Shown piece by piece: positions 1 to 12,339 of a stretch of DNA of 64,000 bases. The translations under genes and the position numbers were made by a program. Origin of the DNA: Carcharhinus amblyrhynchos (Eukaryota). Where the stretch lies: assembly GCA_965287045.1 (NCBI GenBank), contig OZ336877.1, positions 48,174,001-48,238,000 of the forward strand, in the 5' to 3' direction. A model generated the notes under the pieces. That model had not been told where the DNA came from, made no database searches, and was given only the letters and a program-made list of their open reading frames with translations. Position 1 is the first letter of the stretch; the number at the start of each line of letters is the position of its first letter.

Positions 1-757
1 AGAAATTAAATGTAACTTTTGCTAATTGTAAACTGAGATGGTGTGATGTAAGACGACAAAGTTGCATATGTGTATCGTATTTAATATGTCAGACAATTGT
101 CATGCTTTGGTATTGACTTTGTCCAAGTTTTTAAATCTGTATATAAAGTGTGGTAGGTTATCAGTTTGCAAATTCTTGCAGAATTGCTTCGTCAGGAAGT
201 TAAATATTGAAAAAGATCGTCTCCAATGTTTTGATTCAGTAATACGCTCTTGCAGTTCATTTGCTGAAACTTGACATTGCCTCCTCCATATTGTTCATGG
301 TAAATAAAACATCTAATAAGATAAAGAAAAGTATCAGATGAGCCATTTGGGTAGTTGAATGAGATTGGTGAACTTACCATTTGTTATCAGAGTGAGTCAA
401 CTTGTGGATATCCTTTTTGTCAGCTTACCAATTCTGAAAAAAGATGTCTTAAAAATCTGTGCTGTATACGTCATCCACGTGCTCCAAAAGTCAGCTCTTT
501 AGTGCCATCTTTTTTAGGTTGACATTTTAAATTTCTTTTGTGGTACCTGTTTTAAATGAGATGGTTGATTTGGTCAAGTAAAATAGGACACTGCTGTGAG
601 CTGATGCTGACGTCCAAATAATTTCGTGGAGCATCTTTCACACCACGTATGATATTACATTTTGGGTAACTGAATATGTTAGCAAGTGGTAGCATTGGCT
701 CTTAGTATACAAATTGCCATAAACCTCAAGCAATGGTAACTATGTTTCCTAGGTAAC

Positions 758-873
758 ATAGTGATTGCAATTTTGCCTTCCTCAGAAGACCCACGTGTTC
801 AAGCCCCACTCCAGTAAATCCATTTATTAATCCTTCAGTACAGTACTGAGTGAATGCTTCCCTCTCAAAGGCG
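758..873 (+). mobile_element. Deu-domain tRNA SINE (SacSINE1-like), 5' head; split by the insertion at 876-1516
   Basis: B-box-like GTTCAAGCCCCACTCCAG followed by CAGTACAGTACTGAG..AATGCT; resembles the head of the copy at 52735-53135. Confidence 0.55.
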
Positions 874-875
874 TT

Positions 876-1516
876 GGTTGGGATTCTCCCAAAAAGATTC
901 TAAGTGCCAAGTTTGCATAAAACTGGAGTAGATCTCGCTATTTTATTTTCAGCAGGATTTTCAGAATTTATCTTCCCACACTCTGTGCTTCCCACCACGC
1001 TCCAATTGCTGCCCACCCCCCGACAGTCCCAATCTCATGATTTCTTCCCCCCCTCCCTCTGTCACTGATCCCAAATGCAGAGTGGCAGTGGGACCCCCAA
1101 TCTCCACCAATCTCTCTCTTTCCACCCCCGCCGCCCCACAGGTCCTGACCCCTTGAGCAATGCTAGAGGGCCAAGCTGGCAATGCCTAGGGGGCACTCCC
1201 CCTTTTTCCCAACCTCCTGGGAGAACTCCAATTCCCCCCTTCACTTAAATGGGTTCAGGCTGCCAGCTCCCCATTAGTGGGGTGAACCCCGCTGGACGGC
1301 CAGGGGTGGGGAAAGACTCTAGCAGGCCTGATGACTTTAGTCCCGGGCCTGCTAATGACATTTTAAATCAGCTTCATGCTAATTTCTGGTGCAGAGCTGA
1401 CGAAGCTGAAATTCCGGTGGCCGGAGAAGTATGGAGGCTGTGGCACCAGCGGGGAATCCACTAAACACTTATGTCTCCCGGCCCACTGCGCTGCAGCAGG
1501 CTGGGACAATCTGCCC
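876..1516. mobile_element. GC-rich non-autonomous DNA transposon, probably PIF/Harbinger-like
   Basis: Abrupt GC-rich block; imperfect terminal inverted repeats GGTTGGGATTCTCC...GGACAATCTGCCC; interrupts a SINE. Confidence 0.5.
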
Positions 1517-1574
1517 ACTCCCCTACTTACCTACCCTCCCACCCCCAACCTGGTTGTCTTTTGTTGCCGTGTGA

Positions 1575-1855
1575 AGCTGCCTGTGTTCTTTCAGATTAAT
1601 ATAAAAGATTACATGGCACAGTTTGAAGAGGAGCAGAATTATTTTGGTATCCTAGCCACACTTATCCATGACCAACGCCTCTAATTAGTCATTTCCCTCC
1701 ACGCTGAATGTGGGTGATGCTGTTTACAAATTAGCAGTTGTTTGTCTGCATTAAAGCACCTCAAGTAACTACACTTCAAAATCATTTCCTTGGCTCTGAA
1801 TCACTTTGTAACATCCTGAGGATTTGGAAGATTGTATGTAAGTGTAATTTGCTTG
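1575..1855 (+). mobile_element. Deu-domain SINE body and L2-type tail (continuation of 758-873)
   Basis: ATAAAAGATTACATGGCAC..GAAGAGGAGCAG, ACTACACTTCAAAA..TTGGCT; colinear with 52870-53135. Confidence 0.6.
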
Positions 1856-3045
1856 ACTATTTCTATATATGTTTGTAGTGTGTCATGATTAGTGAATAGC
1901 ACACTTCTTCATTTTGAGCACCAAACAGAGTAGGGTTAAGTATTAGCATGGTCAAATTATCAAGTGGATATTCCTCTACCATGTACCATTTTTAAAAATG
2001 TATTTTTTACTATGGAAGATTGTTGTTCACTATACCAGTATCAAACATCGATTCTTGCCACCTGCTACCCTGGAGGATTTCCTGAGTGAGATTGTCAGCT
2101 AAGCCAATTTGTGGTTAGTTTTCTGGGGCTTGTACCCTCTAGGAATATTATTGAGATCAGTAAAATCCATTTTGTTGGATCCTGGCAGTTGGCAGAGCAT
2201 GAAGACTTTCACTCCAACAGTGTAGGTCTTACCTGAATCTAGGTGCCAGGGATGAACAGTAGGGCTTCCAATCCTGATTACTGCTTTTAAAATAAATATT
2301 CATCACCCTCCAGAATGTCTTTTTGACTTCTGTATAGTGGCTTTAACTGTCCATCAGGAAATCATGGCCAGATTGTAGGGTGGCCAACCTTTTTTGCGTG
2401 CATTGATTTGAAATTCTGAATCCGAAGTTTTCAAATTTGAAAACTATGTATGGTCTTTATCTATCAAAATGGAAACAAGTGTGTTGGCCAGTTGAGTTTT
2501 TTGTGTGGCTTTTTTTGGGAGATAAATATGGAAATAAACTGTTGCTGGCTGGTTACAATTGCTCCTTCTTAACCAATTGAATTTTTTTGATCATACCTGT
2601 TCAAATTAGAATATGTTGTTGAGTGGACTCAAGGTTATGCCTGATGATAGTTTACGATAAAGAGACCATTTATTGCCAACAACTCCACCTGTTCAGAGGT
2701 TAAAGTAATATATTATGGTTCAATGTCAGCAGAATGCATTTATTATTGCAACTTTATTGCTCATTAAACTGATGGGGGAATAGTGCATTTGTCAGCAGAA
2801 GTCTCTTAATTGCAGTTAAGGGTTCCTATCTGCATCTGTTTTCCTCCCTGTCATCCACATTCCAAAACTGTAAAGGTTAAGTTCTAGAATGTGAGGAAAT
2901 GCTGAGTGTGACTGACCTTATCTTCCAGAAATGACTGTGCTCAAACTTGTGGCAGAGTAAATGATAACCATATTTAGAGCTATTGTCAGCATTAAGACTT
3001 GCATACTTCAATGGAGTCGGTGAGATACGAGGGCCGTGGTGTAAT

Positions 3046-3079
3046 TTTACATGCAGCCTTTTTTTAGGCTGCATGTAAA
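3046..3079. repeat. Perfect 14-bp inverted repeat with T6 loop
   Basis: TTTACATGCAGCCT-TTTTTT-AGGCTGCATGTAAA read directly. Confidence 0.95.
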
Positions 3080-3978
3080 GGCTGGTTGGCTGTGTAGTAT
3101 CAATAAACACTTAAAGTTTTTTTCGTTACCTTCTTATCAATCAGTCTTTGTCAGAGCATATGTTGTGTGATATACAATCTCTGCATTTTCATAGTGATTT
3201 GGTATACGCGAAGCCTTTGACGTATTTCCAAGAGCTATAAGGACATGGTTCTAAAAGTATATATTTTTTCAGAGAGCATAAGCAGAACATTTTAATGGAG
3301 CAGGGAAGTTATTGGAGTCTCAATAATTGAGAGACTGGTTGTATTGCTGCGCTGGACAAAGCTGCCAAATATGGCATTCCAGTTTTGAAATAAGAAAATA
3401 CTATTTTGAAACTGGGTCACATCTGAAAATAAGTATGTGTTTAAAAGCATCCGTATTTGACGGAACACAAATCTTAATCACATTTTCAAAGGTTGGACCC
3501 TGGCGTACAAGTGTGAACTCATTGATCATCATTTAACTTTCCTGATGACAGGATTGGCTTGCTGCAGGTTTCTTCATTGCTGTTTTTTGTCTGTTTGGTT
3601 GCCAGAAATAAGTCGATTATTTTTCTTGATGGTACTAGTCTGTCTTGTGTTCCTCAGGACCTTATTTCTCCTCATGCCTTTTACAGTTCATTTTTAAAAA
3701 GCTATTTCTTTTTATTATTTCTATAAATCTACCTTCTCCACTATTTTCAATCTATTCAATCATTTTTTTTCTATTCAACTTTGCAAAGGTATTGATCCTT
3801 CTCTGTGTGTCTGGATTTTCTGTAATGCATTAACATCAATGGAGACTAAAGACCTGAAATGTTGTCCTTGGTGATTTCTTGAAAAAAATTGATCTAATGG
3901 CTATGATTTCTCATAGGTTTTTTGTAAATCTTGAAGTATAAAACTGAATCTCCAATTGAATTGCATTGGTGGTAATTG

Positions 3979-4330
3979 GAATCATAGAATCCTTTCAGTG
4001 CAGAAGGGGGCCATTTGGCCTATTGCGTCTGCACTGACCCTCCGGTATCTTAGCCAGTCCCAGCCCTACCCCATTCCCTTAACCTCATTCATTTACCCCA
4101 CTAATCCCCTCCCAACCTACATGCCTTGGGACATCAAGGGGCAATCTAGCATGGCTAATTCACCTAACCTGCATATCCGTGGACTTCGAGAGGAAACTGG
4201 AGCACCCAGAGGATTCCCATGCAGGTACTAGGAGAACATGCAAACTCCACACACTCATCCAAGGCTAGAATTCAACTTGAGTTCCTGGATCTGTGAGGCA
4301 GTAGTGCTAATCACTGTGCCACCATACCAC
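3979..4330 (-). mobile_element. HE1-type V-SINE, full length
   Basis: Minus strand: tRNA-like head TGGCACAGTGATTAGCACT...GTTGAATTC, V-domain GTGTGGAGTTTGCATGTTCTCC...GGGTGCTCCAGTTTCCTC, CR1-type tail ..GATTCTATGATTC. Confidence 0.85.
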
Positions 4331-7300
4331 CATTTGATTAACTTCTTCATTTAATACCCTGGGTTCTTCAAGTTTATTGTATTTAGCTGTCCTTTACATT
4401 TTCTACACAGTTACAAAGTGACTTATATCAGTTAATCCTTTCTGTTCAATCGTATATAGATTTTGAAAACTACAAAATCTGTGGGATCCTGACTGTTTTA
4501 TTGGGATTGTACCTGTGTCGAACTCTTGTCACTGGCCCCAAGTTTGAAAGATGTGGGAGTGGAGCCTCCACAATTAGACCAGTTGGATGTTTGGGGCCAC
4601 ATGTATATCAGCTTGCTTTGCCATGGACCCAGAATCCCTGCAGAAAGGTGTTGGCTTTCCATTCCAAATTCCTTCCACACGCCAGAAAAGGAGCCTCTGA
4701 AGCACCCGTGTTTATCTCCTTGAAGATGTGGGTTTTGAAATCATCTGTCCCAATCTTCAGAGATACATTGATTCTAGACATGTGCAACACAGGTAAGCTA
4801 GATGTTGACTGAAGGGATATGCCACTGGTTATGCCCACCCTTATTTCAAAGGAGAAGTGGAAGCTCTCCTGCAGAAGGCAATGCAGAGAAGAGCTTATGG
4901 AGAATTTAAAGTGCAGTATGGTCCCAGCTGAGGTGAGATATTCTTTTGAAATTGGTTGGAGAGCTGCTTGAATGAAGATCCAGTCTTTGGGGTGCTGCTG
5001 AAAACTGCATTACCCTGCTTGTCCAATTAATTACATTAAAAATTCAGGATTGATTTCTTTACCCAGTTGTGGTGTTGTACTTTATTTGATAGATGCACTT
5101 TGTATGGCTCCAAAACCACTTGATAACAATATGTATGTTGCAGCAAGGTGAATAGAAATCTCCTTTCTGTGACTTGACAGCACACCACTTCTAATTCATT
5201 ATTGAAAGACCACAATATCAGTCATTATTATTAAATATTCATTTAAGATCTGTAAGAGGCACAGAACTGCACAAATATGAACTTGCATATTGAAGATCAA
5301 AATTCCATTTACTTCTGATTTGTTCAAGAACTGTTTCAGATAAGTAACTAGAGAGGGTTAACTTTTTAACATTCAGACAGGGAGTTGGGTGGGAGGGTGC
5401 AAGCATCATTGCCCATTCTCTCCCTCCACCTTTCCAGACAAGGTGGCCAATTATGCAGCACAGGACTCCTGCAAAATTAACCAAAGACAGTCATTTGGCT
5501 TTTAAATTCCTGATTTATGATCAGGTTGTTGTTTGTGACACCAGTGGCGATGCTGTATTGGAGTATGCTGTGGTGACTGTACTGCCAAACTCTGCAGCTG
5601 TGAAGAATAGATCTGCTATCAGGTCTGCCACGGGTGTCCGTTGTAGCCAGCGTCCGACCAGTAAAAGGTACTGTCAAAGTAGAACTTTCTTTTTTGCAGG
5701 GTGATTCCTAGTTCATATTGTTGCCTTCCTACTCCTCCTCATTTGCGTGAACTTAGTCCAAGTATGAATAGAGTCTCTGTGTTAGTGCTCAGAAACGGCA
5801 CATTGCCCAAAATCTGCACAAAGCTTAATTTCATTATAACAAACTGGACTCTTTAACTCTCCATGACAATTTTTAAATACACAGTAAATTTTTTTAATAC
5901 CTTGTCAGAGATGGATTTACAATGAAACATACTGTGCCTATGTCGAGAATTAACCATACGATGTACAGTATTCAAAAACTACGCCTTTATTGCTTGAGCA
6001 CAAGGAGAACAACACAATGGATCTTGCTATGATATTCTGACCAGGTTCCGTAAAACAGGGAGAGTTATAGTATTTTGCAGCCAATACATGACAGTTAAAA
6101 CACAATAGCATTACAGTTTGGTGACTTTTAGCCAATACTGTTCAGCATCTTTTTAATTCTTAGTTTGCATATTTATCACTATGCACACAGATGTACAGGG
6201 TCCTTGACATTTTGGCACACAACGTTCAGTAATCATCCTTATCCTCCCTAACCACAAATTGCATACAGAAGTGGGTCTCATACTTACTTATGCTGGTCAA
6301 ACAGACCACATCTTGCACCTGCTAATGACTGACCCCCGACTCCCACACCTAGGCACAGCACCATGACCAATTTTGGGCAATGGAGTTGCGCCGGCACGAA
6401 TCAGAGCCTGACAATCTGCAGCATGACATCAGACTCTGGAGTGGGAAAACAGCCTATCCCAATGTTAAGATGTGCCTCTAAGGAACGAGAAGCGACTAGG
6501 CAAGGAGAGAGACAGAAGATCCTGTGTTTCACTTTCATGAGAAAGGCATATTCAGCTGGTTTCTTGACCCAAGGATGAGGGCAGGCCAACCAGCAACAGT
6601 GAGGGCAAGGGGCTGGGTGAAACCCACAGGCCAACATGAGCCAGTCAGTCAACATCCAGCTGGCAGTGAGGGGGTGACTTGACCCAACCAGGGCTGAGGG
6701 CAGGACAGCCAACAAACAGCGAGGTGTGAGGTGCCGAATCAAGCCTTAGCGGCATGAGAAGACAACAAGTGAAGCAGAAAGCTGCCTCAAAAACCCCAGC
6801 AGAGTGAGGTGACTGCGCGAGTTTGAGGAAGGGGGACAAGGGGGTGCTGGGAGGAGAGAGTTTGCCAGGGTTGTAGACTGGCAGGGAAGGAGAGAGTGTG
6901 AGGACCGAGTTGCAGTTTGGTGCGTCTTTACAAGATTTTACCTACGATTATGTAATTCATTTTGTGAAGGAAAAGTACAAGGAAAAGAACACTATCTAAA
7001 TTGCCATGACAGCTGGCACACCTTTTACTGAGTGGAGTATTTGCTCCTGCACTGAACTGGCTTATTCTGCCCTGCCCTGCACTGATAATCGCTGGCTGAT
7101 TTTTTTTTTTCCTTAACTCATTGCCTGTCAGCAAGTTCTACATTTTCCCTCCTCAAGACTTTGCACTTTGCAATATTAACCATGTTGACTGTCACTCTGA
7201 CAAGAGATAAGTTTGGACTTCAGTTCAATTATTCATGCAGACGTGCAGTGATCAGTTTGTGTATTTTGGTGGTTAGTGCCTTTTCAGTTCTGTGGAGTGA

Positions 7301-8124
7301 GGTCAGGAGGAGTATGACGTCATGGGATGGGCCAGAAATTGAGCTGAGTGCTGGGGCCCCACAGCCTGACTCTATACCTGCTACTTTCTGTCAATTCAAC
7401 AGGCTGCATAATTCTGGTTTTACAACAGAGTAAGCAATTCCTGCTGGTTAATAAGCCCATGAGAATTTCTAAACTGGGTGGGCCAACAGGCTTGAAACTG
7501 AAGACGTTTCCTGACTGATCAGCCAATTTTATGTACCTAATTAACTTGTGTATAGGTCTGTCTGTTTATGGACTAATTGCCAAGTTGCAGAATCTAGCAT
7601 AAAACTGGCAAGCTTGCTTCATTGAGAGAGAAATTTAATTTGACGTTACTCTAATGTTCAATATTTTATCTGGCTATAAAGGAAATTTTATGAAGATAAA
7701 AGCCTAATACCTCAACTGCTGGCATGTAGTAAGGATACTGAAGCACTGCTGCTAGTTATATTGTAAAACAATACCTAGCTCTGCATATTGCTGTAAATTA
7801 TTTATTGGAAGCAATTTGTAATATTGTGCTTTTTAAAATACTGTGGAAACCGACCTTGAATATGTATACAGGCTAGGATGCTGGTTGTTTATTTTCATTA
7901 CTATGAGAACACATTGATCCATGTACTCAGTGCTGAATTATAATGAGATGATGGTGATGGGATAATTTTATAGCCTGAATACAATTCTCTTAGCTGGTTT
8001 ACTGATCATTGGAAATGAGAAGTTCCTTGTTTCTGAAGTCTTGTATGACCACTGAACCTGATTTCATGTACCAAGAGGAACCTTGAAGTATAAATACGCC
8101 CCAAGCAAATAGAAATGCATCCTA

Positions 8125-10580
8125 GAAAAATAGTTTGAATTCAAGATGGCGCGTGGCTTGGAAGGAAGCTTCTGGTGAAGGTGTTCCCATGCATTAGCTT
8201 CCCTTAACCTTCCAGGCATCAGGAGTGGTGGGTTTGGAAGATGCTGTGAAGAGCTCTTGCTGTAGTGCACCTTGTAATAGAGCCAAACACAGGGTGGGGG
8301 GTATTCAGCATGTGATAATGATGTTGATTGTCAGTAGATGATGATTAGATTCTCTCTTGTTGGAGATGTCATTGCCTGGCACTGTATGGTGGGTATGTTA
8401 TTTGCCAAAGCTGAATGCTTTGTAAATTTTGACTTGTGCATGAGTGATACCAATATGCAATTTCATTGGCTGATCCAACATATATGTTGAAATGTTTAGG
8501 AAGGCCTTTTTAAAAACAAGTTAGTGAACACACTTAAAGTGGCTGCCACAAGTCATCTGACGTTTGGTATTGCAAGTTGACCAGTTTCTGCAAAATTCCC
8601 ATGTGAACTTTTCTGACATTCCTAGATACACTGACCCATAAACAGTTTTTTTTGTTTTATTTTCTTCTTAGCTTTGAATGTTAATTTGGCTAAGAAAGCA
8701 TTGTATGTAATTCTGCATTCTTGTGTGGGTGTGTTGCAAAATTTGAGATGTGAATTTATCCTTTTTAAATATTTTTATATCTTTACCTGGCTAGATTTGT
8801 AATTGCTTTTTTCTTTGTTTTAAAACCCAAGAAAAGCTGCCAGATTTGTTTGTTTTTGCAATCGACAGACAAGTGATTAAACAAAGACTTTGAGTAAATA
8901 TCGTCATCATCATTGAATGTTCACAAAAATAAAGTTACAGTCAAACTTGTAGTGGTAGGATGGGGAGTCCTATTTTGCACCTCCTGTAATGAGGTTAAGC
9001 AGGATTCAAGCTGAGCATTGGTAAGCAGGTTATTCCTGTGTAAATATTGTTTGGTAGCACTGTTGATGATGTCTTCCATCACCTTGTTGATTTGGCAGTG
9101 GACTCATGCAGTGGTAATTGGCTGGGTTGGATTTGTTTTGCTTTTGTAGACAGGAGATTCCTGGGAAATTTTCCCAATTGTTGGGTAGGTACCAAGATTG
9201 TAGCTTAGCTTGGGGCATGGCTGGTTCTGGAGCACATGTCTTCAACACTACAGCTGAGATGTTGTCAGGTCCCATTGTATCCATTACCTGCAGCTGTTTC
9301 CTGATTATCATGTGGAATGAATCAAATTGCCTGATGAATAGTGTCTGTGATGGTGAGTAGATTAGGAGTAAGACAAGATGGATCATCCCCTTGGCATTTT
9401 TGACTGACAATGGCTGCAAATGCTCCAGCCAATCTCTTGCACTGACATGCTGGATTCCCCCATCCATGAAGATGGGGTATTTGTGAAGTCTCCTCCAAAT
9501 CCCCCATCGTTTGCGACTGTAGAACTTTGTCCATTGGTTGTGGGACTGCTTAGCTCTGTCTATTGCATGCTGCTTCTACGGTTTAGCATGCATGCATGTA
9601 GTCCTGTGTTTCAGCTTCACCAAGTTGGCACCTTTTTTTTTTAAACATCTGGGGCTGTTTGGGAGAGCATCAGCCTGATATTCACAGTACACCTGCTGCT
9701 CCTGGCATGCTCTTTTTTGCACTTTTCAGTGAACAAGGCTTGATCCTCCAACTTGATGGTGCTGGTAGAACGAGGGAAATGCTAGGCCATGCAGTCAGAT
9801 TGTGGCCGTCAGTTTCTGCTGATAGCCTTCAGCACCTTTATGGATGCCCAGTTTTGAACTGCTTCTGTTCAGAATCTATCCCACCTACAACTGCTGTGGT
9901 GCCACAGAACATGGTGGATTCTCAATGTGAAGATGGGACTTCATTCTGGCAAAGCTATGCTGGCATTCATTCCTGCCACTTCCTTGGGACAGGTGCAGCT
10001 GAGATGGTGAGGACAAAGTCAAGTAGATTCCTGTTGATTGATTCATCAATCGCACAAATGTATCCTTCAGCTCAGGCAGTAGTTATGTTGCTGAAACAGT
10101 CTTATGGAATGGGCATGGAAGTCCCACATCTAGAATACATTTTATGTTCTTACTACCCTCAGTGCTTCTTCAAAGTGCTCAACACAGTAGCGCTAGATCA
10201 TCAATTGTGGGGTTGGGGGCAGTCAGTCAGTCGGTGATAATCAGCAGGAGGTTTCCTTGCCTGTGTTTGACCTGATGCCATGACGCCTCATGTGGTTAGG
10301 AGTCAATGTTGAGGACTCTTAGAGCAACCCCTCTTGACTATATATCACCATGCTGCCACATGCGGTGGCTCTGTCTTGCCAGTCATAGAGGTGTAAGGGA
10401 CATTAGCTGTATGATATAAATTAGTGAGTGTGAATATATCGGGCTGTATAAGGCTGCTGCTCTCACAAACCCCCCAGACATTAATAAAGAGGACTGGCAG
10501 GGTCAACTTGGCCAGCCATTGTTGTTTCCAGTGCTGGATTCAATGCTGGGTGGCCCATCTGGTTCCATTCCTTTTTGACT
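8125..10580 (-). mobile_element. Degenerate CR1-clade LINE (endonuclease plus RT fossil), internally deleted or interrupted
   Basis: ORF 9030..9467 gives MGPDNISAVVLKTCAPE...KQNKSNPANY (the GPD..P and NYRPISL pre-RT motifs); a 3' fragment lies at 8125-8460. Confidence 0.8.
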
Positions 10581-10584
10581 TAAG

Positions 10585-10845
10585 TGGCTTGCTAGGCTAT
10601 TTCAGCTAGGATCAAGAGTCACGAGTGGCGTGTAGGCCAGACCACACTAGAAGACTAAATTTCTTCCACAAACAAATATTGATGAACCTGATGGCCTTTA
10701 CGACAAGGATGAATGTGAAACCCTTTAAATCCAAATTTATTAATTAATTGGCTTTAAATTTCTTCTACTGTGATGGGATTTGAACTCCTGTCCCCAGACC
10801 ATTAGTCTCAGTCTCTGGTTTACTAGCCAGTACTGTACCACCATT
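10585..10845 (-). mobile_element. tRNA-derived head contiguous with the 5' end of the LINE; same sequence as the SINEs at 13418 and 46838
   Basis: GCCAGACCA, ATTTCTTCC..TGAACCTGATG and GGGATTTGAAC (B box on minus strand) align with 46900-47172. Confidence 0.65.
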
Positions 10846-11214
10846 CCCTGCCATGACAACTTGTGCGGTAAGTTTTTCTCTGACTGTGACGACAATCTTC
10901 CTCTCTATCTCTGGAGAAAATCCTCACCCCTTTCTAGCTGTCCTTGATTTGTTTTTAACTTCCAGTTAATGCAAGGAAAATGGGGAGGGAGCAGAAAATG
11001 CAGCTAAGATCGATTTATTGCATGTTAAATGTAGCATTAAAATGTTGAGATGTATATCAAAAGTGTAAGCAGAACAAAATTCTGAACTCAGTGTCCCACA
11101 GTGGTCTGGAACGTGATAATTGTTAACAGGTAAAGCCTTCAGAAATAGGATTGATCAGTGAGCCGCTTAAGAAACAAACAAGAGGCTGAGGGATGTCAAT
11201 AAACTCCAAAAACA

Positions 11215-11660
11215 GATAGAAACCGCATTTTATATAGCACCTTTCACATCGTCACAACGTTTCACAAATTAAGTAGTGACTTGGGGAAGCATGGCAGCCA
11301 CATAGTGCGCAGCAAGAACCCATAAATGAGGTAAACTTTGAGGGATAAATGTCAACCAAGGCACACAAAACTCCCCTGCTCTTTGAGTAGTGTCACATGA
11401 TGCATTTTTATAGCATTTTTCATGACCACTAGACGTTTCCCCAAGCACCTTTTACAACCAGTGAGATACTATTGAAGTGTCGTCACTGTTGTAATATAGG
11501 GAATATATCATTTTTGTCGAGAAGGTGGTACCTCTGTCAGTGCAGCACTCTCTGTACTGTTCTGCAGTGTGAGGCTAGATTAAGAGCTCCTATTCCTGAA
11601 CCAGCTTGAAGCCATGACTTTCTGACTCAAAGGCTAGAGTGCTGCTTCTAGCCGAGGGTG
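11215..11660 (-). mobile_element. Deu-domain SINE containing a second nested tail copy (about 11400-11505)
   Basis: Two GCATTT..ATAGCA..TTTCA tails; head ..TTCTGACTCAAAGGCTAGAGTGCT. Confidence 0.6.
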
Positions 11661-12339
11661 GTGCTCAATCAGGATGATGAAATAAAATACAAGAGATAAA
11701 TAGGACCTGCTTACTTTTAAAATAAGTAAAGAAGCACATATATCAATAACCTTTGGAAGTAATTGAAATTGCAGAAGGAAGGACACCACCACTTCACCCT
11801 TTCTTTTCATTGTCATATCTACTTTGTGGGTCTGCTGAGATCTCGTAATGTGTTGCAGAACACCTACTGACTTATGTCTGGCAGTTTTGACACTTCACTG
11901 CCATATCTTAGGTAATATCTATTTTGTATTCAAATCACCAAGTGGGCTACAACTGTAAATTTCAACGTGCATCGAAAATTTCTATGTCATGCTCTTTCCA
12001 TGGGGAATTAGCGTTTAGCTACTGTGCTTTGTAAGCCAGTGGTGCTGGTGTCTGTTAGCACTTTTCAATATCAGGCAATGATAGCCACTAAAAATAAGAA
12101 TTTTCCACTTTGAGGAAGAGCAACAGCAGAATAAAATTTATACTGTAAATTTACACCCCTTCTCTATCCACCCTGGCAACAATCCAATGTCCTGTGTTGG
12201 GGGTGATTATGTAACAGGAGCTTGTAACAGGTTCATGGCAGGAATTCTGCAGCCGAGAGGGAGCCTGCCGGTGGTGGAATGTTGTAGTTGCAGTAAAAGC
12301 AATAAGTCCAGCCAGGGACATTACAGCTGCAGAAGCATT

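Noticed and set aside
4501-4812. ORF ending near a CAG|GTAAGC donor as a possible coding exon
   Set aside because: No convincing acceptor and no recognisable peptide in any frame
9659-10237. Longest ORF (192 aa, +)
   Set aside because: Antisense to the LINE endonuclease region; TTG start; no recognisable protein
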